64,000 bases of DNA, from contig MGJU01000014.1 in assembly GCA_001794435.1 (NCBI GenBank), positions 27,494 through 91,493 of the forward strand. Reading direction: 5' to 3'. Of this stretch, positions 47,569-57,451 are shown in pieces (position 1 is the first letter of the stretch; each line of letters starts with the position of its first letter). This stretch comes from Candidatus Yanofskybacteria bacterium RIFCSPHIGHO2_02_FULL_43_17 (GTDB lineage Bacteria > Patescibacteriota > Minisyncoccia > 2-02-FULL-40-12 > GWA2-44-9). A program made the translations under genes and the position numbers. A model generated the notes under the pieces. The model was given only the letters and a program-made list of their open reading frames with translations. It searched no databases and was not told the DNA's origin.

Positions 47569-48901
47569 ATTTTACTCTTACGAATTTCTTAGGACCTATC
47601 TGAAGCACATCGCCTTTGTTAGTTTGTCTGTCCCATTCTTTAACCACTTCGTCATTAATTCGAACTGCCCCTTGGTCTATCAACCTCTTGGCTTGAGTTG
47701 AACTGACTCCGCCGCTTGCCTCAACTACATCAACCAGCCTGCCTCCTTCAACTTCTTCCATCTCGCTGGGCAACTCACCCCTGGAAAACACCCTATCCCA
47801 TTCTTGCCAAGCCTTCACGGCTTCCTTCTCGTCATAATACATCCTGACGAGTTCAGAAGCGAGTTCTTTTTTAAAATCATACGGTTCGCTTCTTTTTTTG
47901 TCTTCTATCCACTCTGTGGGTTTTTCGGTACAAAGACGAAATACTAATTCTATCATTTCGTCCGGTACGGTTTTCATTGTTTTGCCGAACATGTCTTGAG
48001 GAGAATCAGACAAGGATATCAGTCCCCCTTCCGTCTTGCTCATTTTTTTGCCTGATTCAGCGTTCACCAACAATTTGGTGGCAAAAACCAATTTGTCCTT
48101 GTTCAATAGTTTCTTTTCCAAGTCCCTGCCAACTAACATATTGAATGTCTGGTCGTTCCCTCCAACTTCTCCATCTATCTTCATAGCCACAGAGTCATAG
48201 CCCTGCATTAACGGGTAAAGGAATTCGTTGAGTCCTATTGGTCTTAGCTCAGTTTCTGAAAAGATAGCCTTCTTTTCAAGAGGAACAATCTGACCACAAT
48301 GCGAGCACTTAGTTGAGTTGTCTTGCATCATGGCGGTATCATAAGCTTCCTGTGTACCGAATTGGATTTGTGAATGTGAAACTTTTTTACAATTTGGACA
48401 TTTCCACTTCCAAAGACGCCTCTGAAACATCTCTCTCTGGAGCATCTGCTGAACCGTGACGTGGCTCGCCAGTTCCACTAAATCCTGGAACGACATTTTA
48501 GAAAGCCATGAACCATTATATTTAACTTCAAAAGAACCCTTGGGTAGAATCTTATAAACCTGCCCGAGATAATTTATCATATTATTTTTTACTTCCTTTT
48601 CGGTAAGAGATTTGCGAGCTGTTTCTTTACCAGTAGGATCCCCTATTCTGGCGGTAAAGTCGCCTATTAACAAAACTGGCTTGTGACCTAATTCTAAAAG
48701 CTGTTTTAAAAACAATAACGGTATTGTGTGGCCAAGATGAAGGTGGGGGCCGGTAGGGTCTATTCCAAGATACACCCTTAATTCTTTGCCCTCCTTGAAC
48801 CTTTTCTCCGCTTCCTCTTTGGACGGAAAAACCGCCTCGATCCGGCGAGTTAACAACTCTTCTATTTTTTGTTCGTCTGTGACTGTTTTACTTCCAAACA
48901 T
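47567..48901 (-). CDS. tyrS: tyrosyl-tRNA synthetase with Zn-ribbon insertion and C-terminal S4 domain
   Basis: HLHLGHTIPL (HIGH), KKMSKT (KMSKS), C-terminal STQAKRLIDQGAVRIN S4 motif; CPNC...CSHC insertion. Confidence 0.85.
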   Translation of the reverse strand: MFGSKTVTDEQKIEELLTRRIEAVFPSKEEAEKRFKEGKELRVYLGIDPTGPHLHLGHTIPLLFLKQLLELGHKPVLLIGDFTARIGDPTGKETARKSLTEKEVKNNMINYLGQVYKILPKGSFEVKYNGSWLSKMSFQDLVELASHVTVQQMLQREMFQRRLWKWKCPNCKKVSHSQIQFGTQEAYDTAMMQDNSTKCSHCGQIVPLEKKAIFSETELRPIGLNEFLYPLMQGYDSVAMKIDGEVGGNDQTFNMLVGRDLEKKLLNKDKLVFATKLLVNAESGKKMSKTEGGLISLSDSPQDMFGKTMKTVPDEMIELVFRLCTEKPTEWIEDKKRSEPYDFKKELASELVRMYYDEKEAVKAWQEWDRVFSRGELPSEMEEVEGGRLVDVVEASGGVSSTQAKRLIDQGAVRINDEVVKEWDRQTNKGDVLQIGPKKFVRVK

Positions 48902-48980
48902 ATTCTAAATAATACCACAAAACAATCATCTTGAAAGTGCTGGATTTTTGAGGTCTTTCATGGTATTGTAAAGCATCTAA

Positions 48981-51029
48981 ATGAGCAAAAAACGAAAACT
49001 ATCCAAGATAGCCCGAGCATTACCTATGCTTTTTTTGTGGCTGATCGTGGTCGGAATTATATCGTTTTTAGTCCTGTTCATATACATAGAATTGACTCTC
49101 CCGGCTCCCGAATCAATAGCCGTACGCAAGATCACTGAATCAACCAAGATATACGATAAGACCGGCGAGATTCTGCTTTACGATATTCACGGTGAAGAAA
49201 AAAGAACCATCATCCCATGGGACCAGATACCTGAATCGGCCAAGGAAGCAACTCTCGCTTCCGAAGATGCTGAATTCTATGACCACAAAGGACTTGATCT
49301 CAGGGGTATCGCGAGAGCACTTCTAAAAGATCTGCGAGATTTTGATCTGTCTCAAGGCGGCTCTACAATAACTCAGCAACTGGTCAAAAAAACACTCTTG
49401 GGTGACGAGAAAACGATCACCAGGAAACTAAAGGAAGCACTTTTATCTATAGAGGTCGAGAAAAGATACACCAAGGGTGAGATACTCTGGATGTATTTGA
49501 ACCAAATCCCCTACGGTTCTAACGCTTACGGTATAGAAGCTGCTTCAAAAACATTCTTTGGCAAAACCGCATCAGCATTGACTGTAAATGAGGCTGCGAT
49601 ACTTGCTTCCCTTATCAAAGCCCCCTCATACTACTCCCCTTATGGCAACCATGTCGATGAGTTGGCGGTAAGAAAGAACTCTCTTCTTGAGCGGATGGCG
49701 GCTTTGAATTTTATAACACCGGAAGAGTATGAGGAAGCTGTCAACGAAAAACTTGTATTCGGGTCTAATGTTGAGAAAATCCAGGCTCCCCACTTCGTGA
49801 TTATGGTCAAAGAATATCTTGAGAACAAATATGGACGAGGTGCGGTTGAAAGTGGGGGTCTGAAAGTTATAACCACCCTTGACGCCGAACTTCAGACCCT
49901 AGCAGAAGAAACGGTCAGTAAGTACGCCGAGATAAACAAAGAAAGATATAAAGCATCCAATGCCGCCCTTATTGCAATCGACCCAAAGACCGGAGAGATA
50001 CTGTCTCTCGTCGGTTCTGTCGATTATTTTGATATCGAAAATGAGGGCAACTTCAATGTTGCAACCGCAAAAAGACAGCCGGGTTCGGCTTTCAAACCAT
50101 TTGCTTATGCCGCTGCTTTCCAAAAAGGATATCCCGACTTTACTGTTTTGTTTGATGTGAAAACCGAGTTCAATCCGAATTGTTCCCCGGATACAGAGCA
50201 AGAGAAAGATCAGTACGGTCTTGATTGCTACCATCCAAGAAACTACGACGGAAGATTTAGGGGTCCTGTCACAATGAGACAAGCGCTTGCTCAATCACTA
50301 AACGTGCCTTCGGTTAAGACATTATATTTAGCCGGTGTGAACGACACTCTGGATCTCGCCGAAAAAATGGGCATCACCACACTTCAGGATCGGTCAAGGT
50401 TCGGATTATCTCTCGTACTTGGCGGAGCAGAAGTCAGATTGATTGATCTCGTTTCAGCATATAGCGTTTTTGCCAATGATGGCATAAGAAATCCCTGGCA
50501 TTTCATAAAAGGAGTTGAGTCGGCAGACGGAATGGTCTTGGAAAATAACGCTCCGGACCCGAAAAGAGTGCTCGATTCTCAAATAGCGAGACTTGTTTCG
50601 GACGTTATGTCGGACAACAGTGCTAGAGCGCCGGTATTCGGCTATTCAAGCTCTCTTTATTTTCCAGGCAAATCAGTTGCAGCCAAAACAGGAACCACTC
50701 AAGAAAACAGAGATGCCTGGGTTATTGGTTACAGCCCAACAGTAGCAATCGGGGTTTGGGTTGGAAACAACAGACAAGAGTCAATGACACAGGAAGGGGC
50801 CGGCATAAGCGCTGCTGGTCCTATGTGGCATGAATTTATGGCAAAAGCCGTTGAAAAGCTCCCGAGAGAAGAGTTCGTTAAGCCCGACTTGGTCTCCTCT
50901 TCCAAACCGATGCTTAATGGAATTTACGACGGTTCCGACCCTCACAATATACTTTATTACGTTGATGGGAACAGTGATCAGTTTAAGAACTGGGAGTGGT
51001 CAGTGCGCAGGTTTTTTGGACTAAATTAA
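48981..51029 (+). CDS. class A penicillin-binding protein (glycosyltransferase plus transpeptidase)
   Basis: N-terminal TM; GT51 motifs EDAEFYDHKG, GGSTITQQLVK; transpeptidase SAFKPF (SxxK), KTGT. Confidence 0.9.
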   Translation: MSKKRKLSKIARALPMLFLWLIVVGIISFLVLFIYIELTLPAPESIAVRKITESTKIYDKTGEILLYDIHGEEKRTIIPWDQIPESAKEATLASEDAEFYDHKGLDLRGIARALLKDLRDFDLSQGGSTITQQLVKKTLLGDEKTITRKLKEALLSIEVEKRYTKGEILWMYLNQIPYGSNAYGIEAASKTFFGKTASALTVNEAAILASLIKAPSYYSPYGNHVDELAVRKNSLLERMAALNFITPEEYEEAVNEKLVFGSNVEKIQAPHFVIMVKEYLENKYGRGAVESGGLKVITTLDAELQTLAEETVSKYAEINKERYKASNAALIAIDPKTGEILSLVGSVDYFDIENEGNFNVATAKRQPGSAFKPFAYAAAFQKGYPDFTVLFDVKTEFNPNCSPDTEQEKDQYGLDCYHPRNYDGRFRGPVTMRQALAQSLNVPSVKTLYLAGVNDTLDLAEKMGITTLQDRSRFGLSLVLGGAEVRLIDLVSAYSVFANDGIRNPWHFIKGVESADGMVLENNAPDPKRVLDSQIARLVSDVMSDNSARAPVFGYSSSLYFPGKSVAAKTGTTQENRDAWVIGYSPTVAIGVWVGNNRQESMTQEGAGISAAGPMWHEFMAKAVEKLPREEFVKPDLVSSSKPMLNGIYDGSDPHNILYYVDGNSDQFKNWEWSVRRFFGLN

Positions 51030-51302
51030 CAGTTTTCTGAAGATAATTCCCTCATTTCTCAATTCGTTCTCCAGGATTCTTATTTTTAAGGCAATCTCTT
51101 GAGCGATCAGTTTATTATCCAGCTCTATTTTAATAATACCCTTGTTGATTGTATAAGAAAGGTGGTAATCCAGATCTGTTTTTTTAAGAACCTCTTCTTT
51201 TACGAATCTGGCGAACACTTCGTCAATTTTTAACTTCATACTTAACTCGTCCTCAATTGACTTTCTTTTTCTTAAAAAAAACCCTGTCGTATTTTTAAAC
51301 AA
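51021..51302 (-). CDS. small protein downstream of dnaN (DUF721/DciA-like position)
   Basis: 93 aa, basic; position conserved relative to dnaA-dnaN; no motif confirmed. Confidence 0.35.
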   Translation of the reverse strand: MFKNTTGFFLRKRKSIEDELSMKLKIDEVFARFVKEEVLKKTDLDYHLSYTINKGIIKIELDNKLIAQEIALKIRILENELRNEGIIFRKLLI

Positions 51303-51304
51303 AT

Positions 51305-51332
51305 TTACGTATTACGTATTACGTATTACGTA
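51305..51332. repeat. (TTACGTA)4 tandem heptamer repeat
   Basis: four perfect units, each containing the palindrome TACGTA. Confidence 0.85.
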
Positions 51333-51374
51333 TTTTTAGTTCCAATACGCAACCCGAAATGCGTAATTAAATAA

Positions 51375-52499
51375 TTAACTTCTAAGAGGCATTATAAGAT
51401 AGGTGAGATCTTTGTTGTTGTCGTGAGGTTTTATTATCAACGGATTACCATTACCGGTGAATTCAAGTACAACCTTCTCGCTGTCCATTATCTTCAGTCC
51501 GTCCAATAAGTAGTGGTAATTGACTGAAATTTCAAATGGATCATTCTTCAATACGGCGGGAATAGTTGTTTCTATCTCGCCCTTATCAGAATTTTTGGAT
51601 TTTATAACAATCTCGTCTTTTGAACATAGGAGTTTGATGTCAGAAATATTCGAGGAAAACAATCCTGCCAGACGGATATCTTTTTCAAGGTCATCTTTCT
51701 GCACAAGTATGCGAGATAAGAATTTACTCGGTATTACTTTCTTGTAGTCAGGGTAGTTCCCGTCAATAAGACGCGAAACGAGTTCGAAATCATTATTGTA
51801 AAATAAAATCTGGTTATCTCCTATTTTTATTTCTATGTCTCCCTCAATATCGTTTGTTATCCTTATCAACTCCATAACAGTATTTCTAGGTATTATCACG
51901 CTATATTGACCGGAGTTTTTTGTGTCAAAACTTACTTCCGATAAACGAAAACTGTCAGTAGCAGCAAAGGTTAACTTCTTATCATTAACACTAGCATAGA
52001 CACCTGCTAACTCCGGCCTTGTCTCAGATAAAGCAATTGCGTCAGCGACAGAATAAAGCATATTTCTCAATATTTTTGACGATACCAGAGTAATTGGGTC
52101 TTCTTTTAATTTAGGAATAATTGGGAAATCTTTAGGATCAAACCCCAATATTTGTGTCTTGTATTTATCGGAGTTGATGAATAAAATGTTGTTTTTGGTA
52201 TGTAATGTGATTTTTTCGTCGGATATATTATTTATAAAATCTGAAGATACTCTTGCTGGTATAGCTATTTCCCCCACCTCGTCTATCTTCGCTCCGATTG
52301 TACAATTGATGCCAATCTCTAAATTCGTTGAAGATACTCTTAAACGACCATTGTCGGTTTTTATAAGTATATTATTCAATATTGGCAGAGATGGATTTCT
52401 CGAAACTATTTTTTCAACCAAACCCAAGGCTCGTCTAAGATTTTTTTGATTTACTGTAACTTTCATTTTATTAGAAGTAGTCCCGCCAAAGTCATTCAA
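51375..52499 (-). CDS. dnaN: DNA polymerase III beta sliding clamp
   Basis: MKVTVNQKNLRRAL N-terminus, three-domain length, position after dnaA. Confidence 0.9.
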   Translation of the reverse strand: MNDFGGTTSNKMKVTVNQKNLRRALGLVEKIVSRNPSLPILNNILIKTDNGRLRVSSTNLEIGINCTIGAKIDEVGEIAIPARVSSDFINNISDEKITLHTKNNILFINSDKYKTQILGFDPKDFPIIPKLKEDPITLVSSKILRNMLYSVADAIALSETRPELAGVYASVNDKKLTFAATDSFRLSEVSFDTKNSGQYSVIIPRNTVMELIRITNDIEGDIEIKIGDNQILFYNNDFELVSRLIDGNYPDYKKVIPSKFLSRILVQKDDLEKDIRLAGLFSSNISDIKLLCSKDEIVIKSKNSDKGEIETTIPAVLKNDPFEISVNYHYLLDGLKIMDSEKVVLEFTGNGNPLIIKPHDNNKDLTYLIMPLRS

Positions 52500-52813
52500 A
52501 CTCGCAACAGAGTTGCGATCAACACTTACAGCGGAGTTAGTATTTATTATAATTTAATTAAATAGGTTATTACTTATTATTATAGTAGCCGATTTTGTTG
52601 ATAATTTATACTTATATCTTAAAAAACCAGATTTAAAAGGATTAATCTAATCTATAGTTTAAAAACAAACTGTGCACAAATTATTCATTAACTAAGGAAT
52701 AATAGTTGAATACTTGGGATAATTTCCCTATCTCGGTAATTTTAAACTTTCAACCAACTCGATATCAACTAACCTTCAACAGGTTTAGGATAGCCCCGAA
52801 CCAGTCGAACAGA
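52500..52813. other. AT-rich dnaA-dnaN intergenic region (candidate oriC / DNA unwinding element)
   Basis: ~75% AT, 314 bp, one near-consensus DnaA box TTGTGCACA (on minus) at ~52672. Confidence 0.4.
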
Positions 52814-54187
52814 CTACTTTTCAAAAGAATTATAAACACGTTCTCTAATAAGAACCAACTCCTGTTTTAACGGCTCATCAACCGATAATTCGGACTTTAT
52901 TTTTTCGCAAGCATGAATAACAGTTGAATGATCTCTTCCTCCCAATTTCTGGCCTATCTCTGGAAAAGATAATTTTGTTTCCTCCCTCAATAAGAACATA
53001 GCGATCTGACGAGGTTTAACAACTTCTTTCTTGCGACTTCTTTTGATAAGGTCACTACCTGAAATACTGTAAAAATCCGCTACCGCTTTAAGTATCGACT
53101 GCGGGGACGTCTTTCTATAAGGACTGCTTAGGTAAGTGTTTAAGATATTCTTAACTTCTTTTATATCAGGTATCCTGTTATAGATTTGACTGAAAGCGCC
53201 GACTCGGTTCAAAGCGCCTTCTAATTCCCTCACATTATTCTGTATATGAGTAGCGATGTAAGTAAGGGTTTCTTCGTCAAAATCATAATTTTTTTCGTTA
53301 CTTTTCTGCTTAAGTATAGCCAGACGTGTCTCAAAATCAGGAATACCTATGTCCGCTATCATACCGCCTTCAAAGCGCGATCTCAGACGTTCTTCCAAAG
53401 CCGGGATTGCTTGTGGCGGCCTGTCTGAAGAAAGGACTATTTGTTTATTTCTTCCGTAAAGTTCATTAAATGTCGAGAATATTATATCTTGGGTCTTTTC
53501 TTTGCCGGCTATGAATTGGATGTCGTCGATCATTAGCAGATCCAGCTGGGAATATTTGGATTTGAGGTCTTCTATTGTTCTATGAACAAGTGCCTCCAAA
53601 ATACTTGCCGTAAACCTTTCAGCCGATATATAGAGGATACTTTTTGGATTACCCTCTATCAAGAGCTTATTTCCCATCGCCTGAAGGAGGTGGGTTTTAC
53701 CTAATCCTACTCCGCCATAGAGAAACAAGGGGTTATAAAGCTTGCCCAAGCTCTTCGTTACAGCCAAACACGCCGCATGGGCCAACTCGTTATTCGATCC
53801 GACAATGAACGACTCAAAAGTATATTTTTTGTTTAAGTTGGTGGCTTTGTCTACGTCTTTATCCACTTCAATATTGGACCTGGACTCGAGTTCCCTTTCC
53901 AGTATGACGTTGGAAAAATCATGTTTCGCCAGCTCTATTTTAGGACGGCCTATGGTGTAGCGGATCTCTCTTATTTCCGGACTCTGGTTTCTAATTGACT
54001 CAAGGATTTTTTTATTAAACTTGTTTTCGAGCCATTCTTTAATAAAGCCGTTAGGCACACTAACTATCACCGCGTTCTTGTCTTTTGACAAAACAGAGGT
54101 GTTTTTAAACCAAGTAGTGAAATTGGCCCGCGTAAGGGACAGTTCCATTTCTCCAAGCACCGCTTTCCAAAGCTCCTCATTAGTCAT
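52814..54187 (-). CDS. dnaA: chromosomal replication initiator DnaA
   Basis: AAA+ Walker A GGVGLGKTHLL, DDIQF box, C-terminal DNA-binding helix. Confidence 0.95.
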   Translation of the reverse strand: MTNEELWKAVLGEMELSLTRANFTTWFKNTSVLSKDKNAVIVSVPNGFIKEWLENKFNKKILESIRNQSPEIREIRYTIGRPKIELAKHDFSNVILERELESRSNIEVDKDVDKATNLNKKYTFESFIVGSNNELAHAACLAVTKSLGKLYNPLFLYGGVGLGKTHLLQAMGNKLLIEGNPKSILYISAERFTASILEALVHRTIEDLKSKYSQLDLLMIDDIQFIAGKEKTQDIIFSTFNELYGRNKQIVLSSDRPPQAIPALEERLRSRFEGGMIADIGIPDFETRLAILKQKSNEKNYDFDEETLTYIATHIQNNVRELEGALNRVGAFSQIYNRIPDIKEVKNILNTYLSSPYRKTSPQSILKAVADFYSISGSDLIKRSRKKEVVKPRQIAMFLLREETKLSFPEIGQKLGGRDHSTVIHACEKIKSELSVDEPLKQELVLIRERVYNSFEK

Positions 54188-54331
54188 ACTAGGTAATTAA
54201 TTTTGCAGTTAGCAGTTAATTTAGTACGCGATTCGATCGCTGTCGGGTCGTAGCTGGGAAATCTGCTGTTCGACATAAAAAGAATTATAGCTGATTAAAA
54301 TTTTAAAACGAATACTGTTTTTAGTTGATAT

Positions 54332-54340
54332 ACTGTGTAT
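54332..54340 (-). promoter_or_regulatory. consensus DnaA box TTATACACA
   Basis: TGTGTATAA on the plus strand, ~145 bp upstream of dnaA. Confidence 0.5.
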
Positions 54341-54365
54341 AACAAGTGGAAAAATAAAGACAATA

Positions 54366-54493
54366 TTGACCCCGCCCTTGAAAAGCAGTGTAATAGTTAA
54401 CCAGCCATCAAAAAATACTTTTAGGAATATTTTATTTAGTTTGAAATAAAATTTCTACAAATCCTGGGCTGCTTTTCAAGGGCGGGGTTGACC
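54366..54493. repeat. inverted-repeat element of the TTCAAGGGCGGGG-TTGAC family between divergent dnaA and rpmH
   Basis: TTGACCCCGCCCTTGAAAAGCAG ... CTGCTTTTCAAGGGCGGGGTTGACC; left arm TTGACC-17-TGTAAT, right arm TTGACC-17-TAAATT. Confidence 0.7.
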
Positions 54494-54525
54494 AGGATGC
54501 TAAATTTTTGTAAATTATATACTAT

Positions 54526-54672
54526 ATGACATTATCAAAAGCACTAACATATCGGCCAAAAAAGAAAAAAAGAAAGAGAAAACACGGCTTTCTGGCAAGG
54601 TCAAGCTCAAGATTTGGTAAAAGAGTTTTAACAAAAAGAAGGAGAAAAGGCAGAAAACGGCTAACGGTGTAG
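54526..54672 (+). CDS. rpmH: 50S ribosomal protein L34
   Basis: 48 aa [25 protein letters not shown]...[11 protein letters not shown]; below ORF-track cutoff. Confidence 0.9.
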   Translation: MTLSKALTYRPKKKKRKRKHGFLARSSSRFGKRVLTKRRRKGRKRLTV

Positions 54673-54673
54673 T

Positions 54674-54730
54674 TAGCGACTAGCGACTAGCCAATAGCGA
54701 CCCCGCCTTGGCGGGGTGGCTAGGGGCTAT
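54674..54730. repeat. GC-rich post-stop hairpin (family member)
   Basis: GCGACTAGCGACTAGCCAATAGCGACCCCGCCTTGGCGGGGTGGCTAGGGGC. Confidence 0.6.
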
Positions 54731-54748
54731 TAACTAGTAGCTAGTTGT

Positions 54749-55081
54749 GTGGCTTTACCAAAGAAGAACAGACTATCCAACAAGAAAGACATAGACCGCG
54801 TTTTCAAGAACGGCAGGACTGTTAAGGGCAGTTTTTTATTTATCAAGTTGTCAGACAATCCGAGAGGATATTCAAGGTTTGCTTTCATTGTTCCGTCAAA
54901 ATATGTTCCCATCGCCGCAGACAGGAACAGAATAAAGAGAGTATTTTCTGAAGAGGTAAGGAATGGCCAGATTTTATCCGGAAAAAGCCGCGATGTGATT
55001 GTGTTTGCTTGTAGAAAAATAACCCGAAGCGAACTCGACAATTTAACAAAAGATTTGAGAGGACTTTTGTCAAAGATATGA
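54749..55081 (+). CDS. rnpA: ribonuclease P protein component
   Basis: KKNRLSNKKDIDRVF...RNRIKRVFSE pattern; position after rpmH. Confidence 0.85.
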   Translation: MALPKKNRLSNKKDIDRVFKNGRTVKGSFLFIKLSDNPRGYSRFAFIVPSKYVPIAADRNRIKRVFSEEVRNGQILSGKSRDVIVFACRKITRSELDNLTKDLRGLLSKI

Positions 55082-55196
55082 ATCCCGAACGAAGTAGCCC
55101 TAGCGGGTTAAACGAGCGGGGCATAGATTAACAACAATAGTTGTTCTACGCACGTAATGGTCGTTCCATAACTGCGCAGCAGCTACTTCGTACGGG
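55081..55196 (+). repeat. 116-bp leader element (copy B) abutting the yidD ATG
   Basis: AATCCCGAACGAAGTAGCCCT ... CAGCTACTTCGTACGGG then ATG. Confidence 0.6.
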
Positions 55197-55427
55197 ATGA
55201 AAGAAATAATTTTGGGAACGATAGTCGTCTACAAAAAATTATCGTTGGGCCTTAGAATTGCACGAGTGCCTATTTTTATATATACCGACTGCAAATATTA
55301 TCCTTCTTGCTCAGATTACGCGGTTGAAGCGATAAACAAGCACGGGGTTTTAAGGGGTTTGATAAAATCGTTTCTGCGTATTTTGAAGTGTTCCCCCGTT
55401 TCAAAAGGGGGAGTAGATATGCCGTAA
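55197..55427 (+). CDS. yidD: membrane protein insertion efficiency factor YidD
   Basis: YYPSCSDYAVEAINKHG...RILKCSP conserved Cys pattern. Confidence 0.85.
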   Translation: MKEIILGTIVVYKKLSLGLRIARVPIFIYTDCKYYPSCSDYAVEAINKHGVLRGLIKSFLRILKCSPVSKGGVDMP

Positions 55428-55428
55428 G

Positions 55429-55485
55429 TAGCCACTAGCCAATAGCCACCCCGCCAAGGCGGGGTCGCTAGTGGCTAGTCGTTAG
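55429..55485. repeat. GC-rich post-stop hairpin (family member)
   Basis: TAGCCACTAGCCAATAGCCACCCCGCCAAGGCGGGGTCGCTAGTGGCTAGTCG. Confidence 0.6.
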
Positions 55486-55493
55486 TCATTAGA

Positions 55494-56198
55494 TTGTTTA
55501 ATCTCTACAACGAAATCCTATATCGACCCCTATTCAATGCTATGGTCTATCTCCAGGGCATAATTCCTGGTGGCGATTTGGGGCTGACTATTATTATCCT
55601 AACCGTAGTGATAAGGGCGTTGTTTGCGCCTCTCTCTTTGAAAACCATCAAATCTCAGCGATCACTCAGAGAGTTAGCTCCCAAGATCGATGAGGTAAAA
55701 GCGAAATTAAAGAATGACACCGCCGCTCAATCAGCCGCAATACTGAAACTTTATAAAGAAAACAACGTCAACCCTCTGGCCGGATGCTTGCCTCTTTTGG
55801 TACAGATACCGATATTGATAGCCTTGTACCAAGTCTTTATAAAGGGAATAACTCCGGAAAGCTTAACCCTCCTTTACAGCTTCATTTCCACGCCGGAGCT
55901 TACTGACCACAATTTTCTGGGCTTGCTTGATGTTACTAAAAACAACAGGCTCCTTACGATTATTGCCGGAGGGCTTCAGTTTATTCAGTCCAAGCAGGCG
56001 GCGGCTTTACAGGGCGATAGCGGGTCTCCGCCAGCTGGTGGAAAAGAACTGGCGGCTATCAGCAAGCAAATGTTGTATTTTTTCCCCGTTATGATTATAA
56101 TTATTGGTTGGAATTTGCCGGCCGGCCTTATCCTTTATTGGGTAACGACAACGGTTTTTTCAATGTTTGAGCAGTATTTCATTAAGACAAAGAAATAA
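55494..56198 (+). CDS. yidC: membrane protein insertase YidC (short form)
   Basis: five TM helices; C-terminal LILYWVTTTVFSMFEQY pattern. Confidence 0.85.
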   Translation: MFNLYNEILYRPLFNAMVYLQGIIPGGDLGLTIIILTVVIRALFAPLSLKTIKSQRSLRELAPKIDEVKAKLKNDTAAQSAAILKLYKENNVNPLAGCLPLLVQIPILIALYQVFIKGITPESLTLLYSFISTPELTDHNFLGLLDVTKNNRLLTIIAGGLQFIQSKQAAALQGDSGSPPAGGKELAAISKQMLYFFPVMIIIIGWNLPAGLILYWVTTTVFSMFEQYFIKTKK

Positions 56199-56458
56199 GT
56201 AGTTGTCCAAGAGGACGAGCGTTTTACGCGAAGTCCGATTGGCTACAAGTACTTACCCCGCCCTAACTTTGCTATCGAAAACAAGAAAATCAATAGTATA
56301 AAGTATAGAGCATTGTACACGAAAGCGCGGCGGACCCTGAATAAGGGATTCCGCCAAAAGCGGAATTGGCTATTCGCCACCGCTGGCGCCGTCAATTCAA
56401 TGGCAAAGTTAGAGCGGGGTGGTAAGTTTGTAGCTATTCGCTTCGCTCATAGACAAAT

Positions 56459-56935
56459 ATGGCACAAAAATTAGACAAGGACGATGTTTTAAGAGCCGTA
56501 ACGAAAGTGGCTGGTTTTATGAATATTGAATGTCAAATTGAAGCGAAAGAAGAACCTGCCGATAAACACGGAGAAGGAGCTGTTGTTGTGTCTGTTCAGA
56601 CGCTTGATAACGCCAGATTTTTAATTGGCAAGAACGGCCAAAACCTGAAGGCTTTGGAACATGTTCTTAGGGCTATGCTGGTTAAAGACGGGAAAGAAGG
56701 CACCATCGTTTTAGATGTGAATGACTATAGGAAGTCCCGAGCTACCTATCTTGTTGATGTGGCTAAACAAACAGTTGCAAGAGTAAGGAATACGCAGAAA
56801 GCCGAAGCCTTGTTTCCAATGTCGGCTTATGAAAGGCGGATAGTCCATATGGAGCTTGCGGCTTATCCTGATATTGCTACAGAAAGTGTCGGCGCGGAAC
56901 CGCAAAGAAGGGTTATAATCAAACCGTATCCATAG
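56459..56935 (+). CDS. jag: Jag/KhpB-type RNA-binding protein (KH plus R3H)
   Basis: IGKNGQNLKALEHVL KH motif; R3H-like YERRIVHMEL. Confidence 0.8.
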   Translation: MAQKLDKDDVLRAVTKVAGFMNIECQIEAKEEPADKHGEGAVVVSVQTLDNARFLIGKNGQNLKALEHVLRAMLVKDGKEGTIVLDVNDYRKSRATYLVDVAKQTVARVRNTQKAEALFPMSAYERRIVHMELAAYPDIATESVGAEPQRRVIIKPYP

Positions 56936-56944
56936 AGATCGCTC

Positions 56945-57147
56945 ACCCCAGCTACTCTTTTCTCACGAACTCCTCATAGAGCAGTTACGATTCGCTCCTA
57001 ATTTTTCTGACCGCTCGGGGTCACCCCTGTCAGGCCATGCGGTCCCGCCAAGGCGGGACCGTTCCTGACATCCCCGACTCGGTTTCTCAGAAAAATGTCG
57101 TCGCTCATCTGCAACTGCTAACTACTCGTCATCAAGTGAGAAAAGAG
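56945..57147. ncRNA. structured element copy 2 (paralog of 18038-18243)
   Basis: shared core with compensatory stem changes; 12-bp closing stem CTCTTTTCTCAC/GTGAGAAAAGAG. Confidence 0.45.
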
Positions 57148-57451
57148 AAGCAAGGGTTTCGCTCCTTGTCATTTAAATCTGAGCAACACCTATCGCAATT
57201 TTATCACTTGACGAGCCCGCCAAAGTTTTCCAATGGAAAATTTAGGCGGGCGAGTCAAGAAAACTTATGAGAGTGAGGCGGATTTTATCTGAAATCATAG
57301 GTCGAACGCCCAGCCCCTCTTTTCAGAGAAAAGAGGGGCTGGGAGGCAAGAGAGGGTTACCTGTGATTTTAGAACATAAACCCTGCTCTATCTTGAGTAA
57401 GTTTTTGAAGGTGAGGAATCGTGATAAAATTGCGATAGAAGTTGCGAGCGA

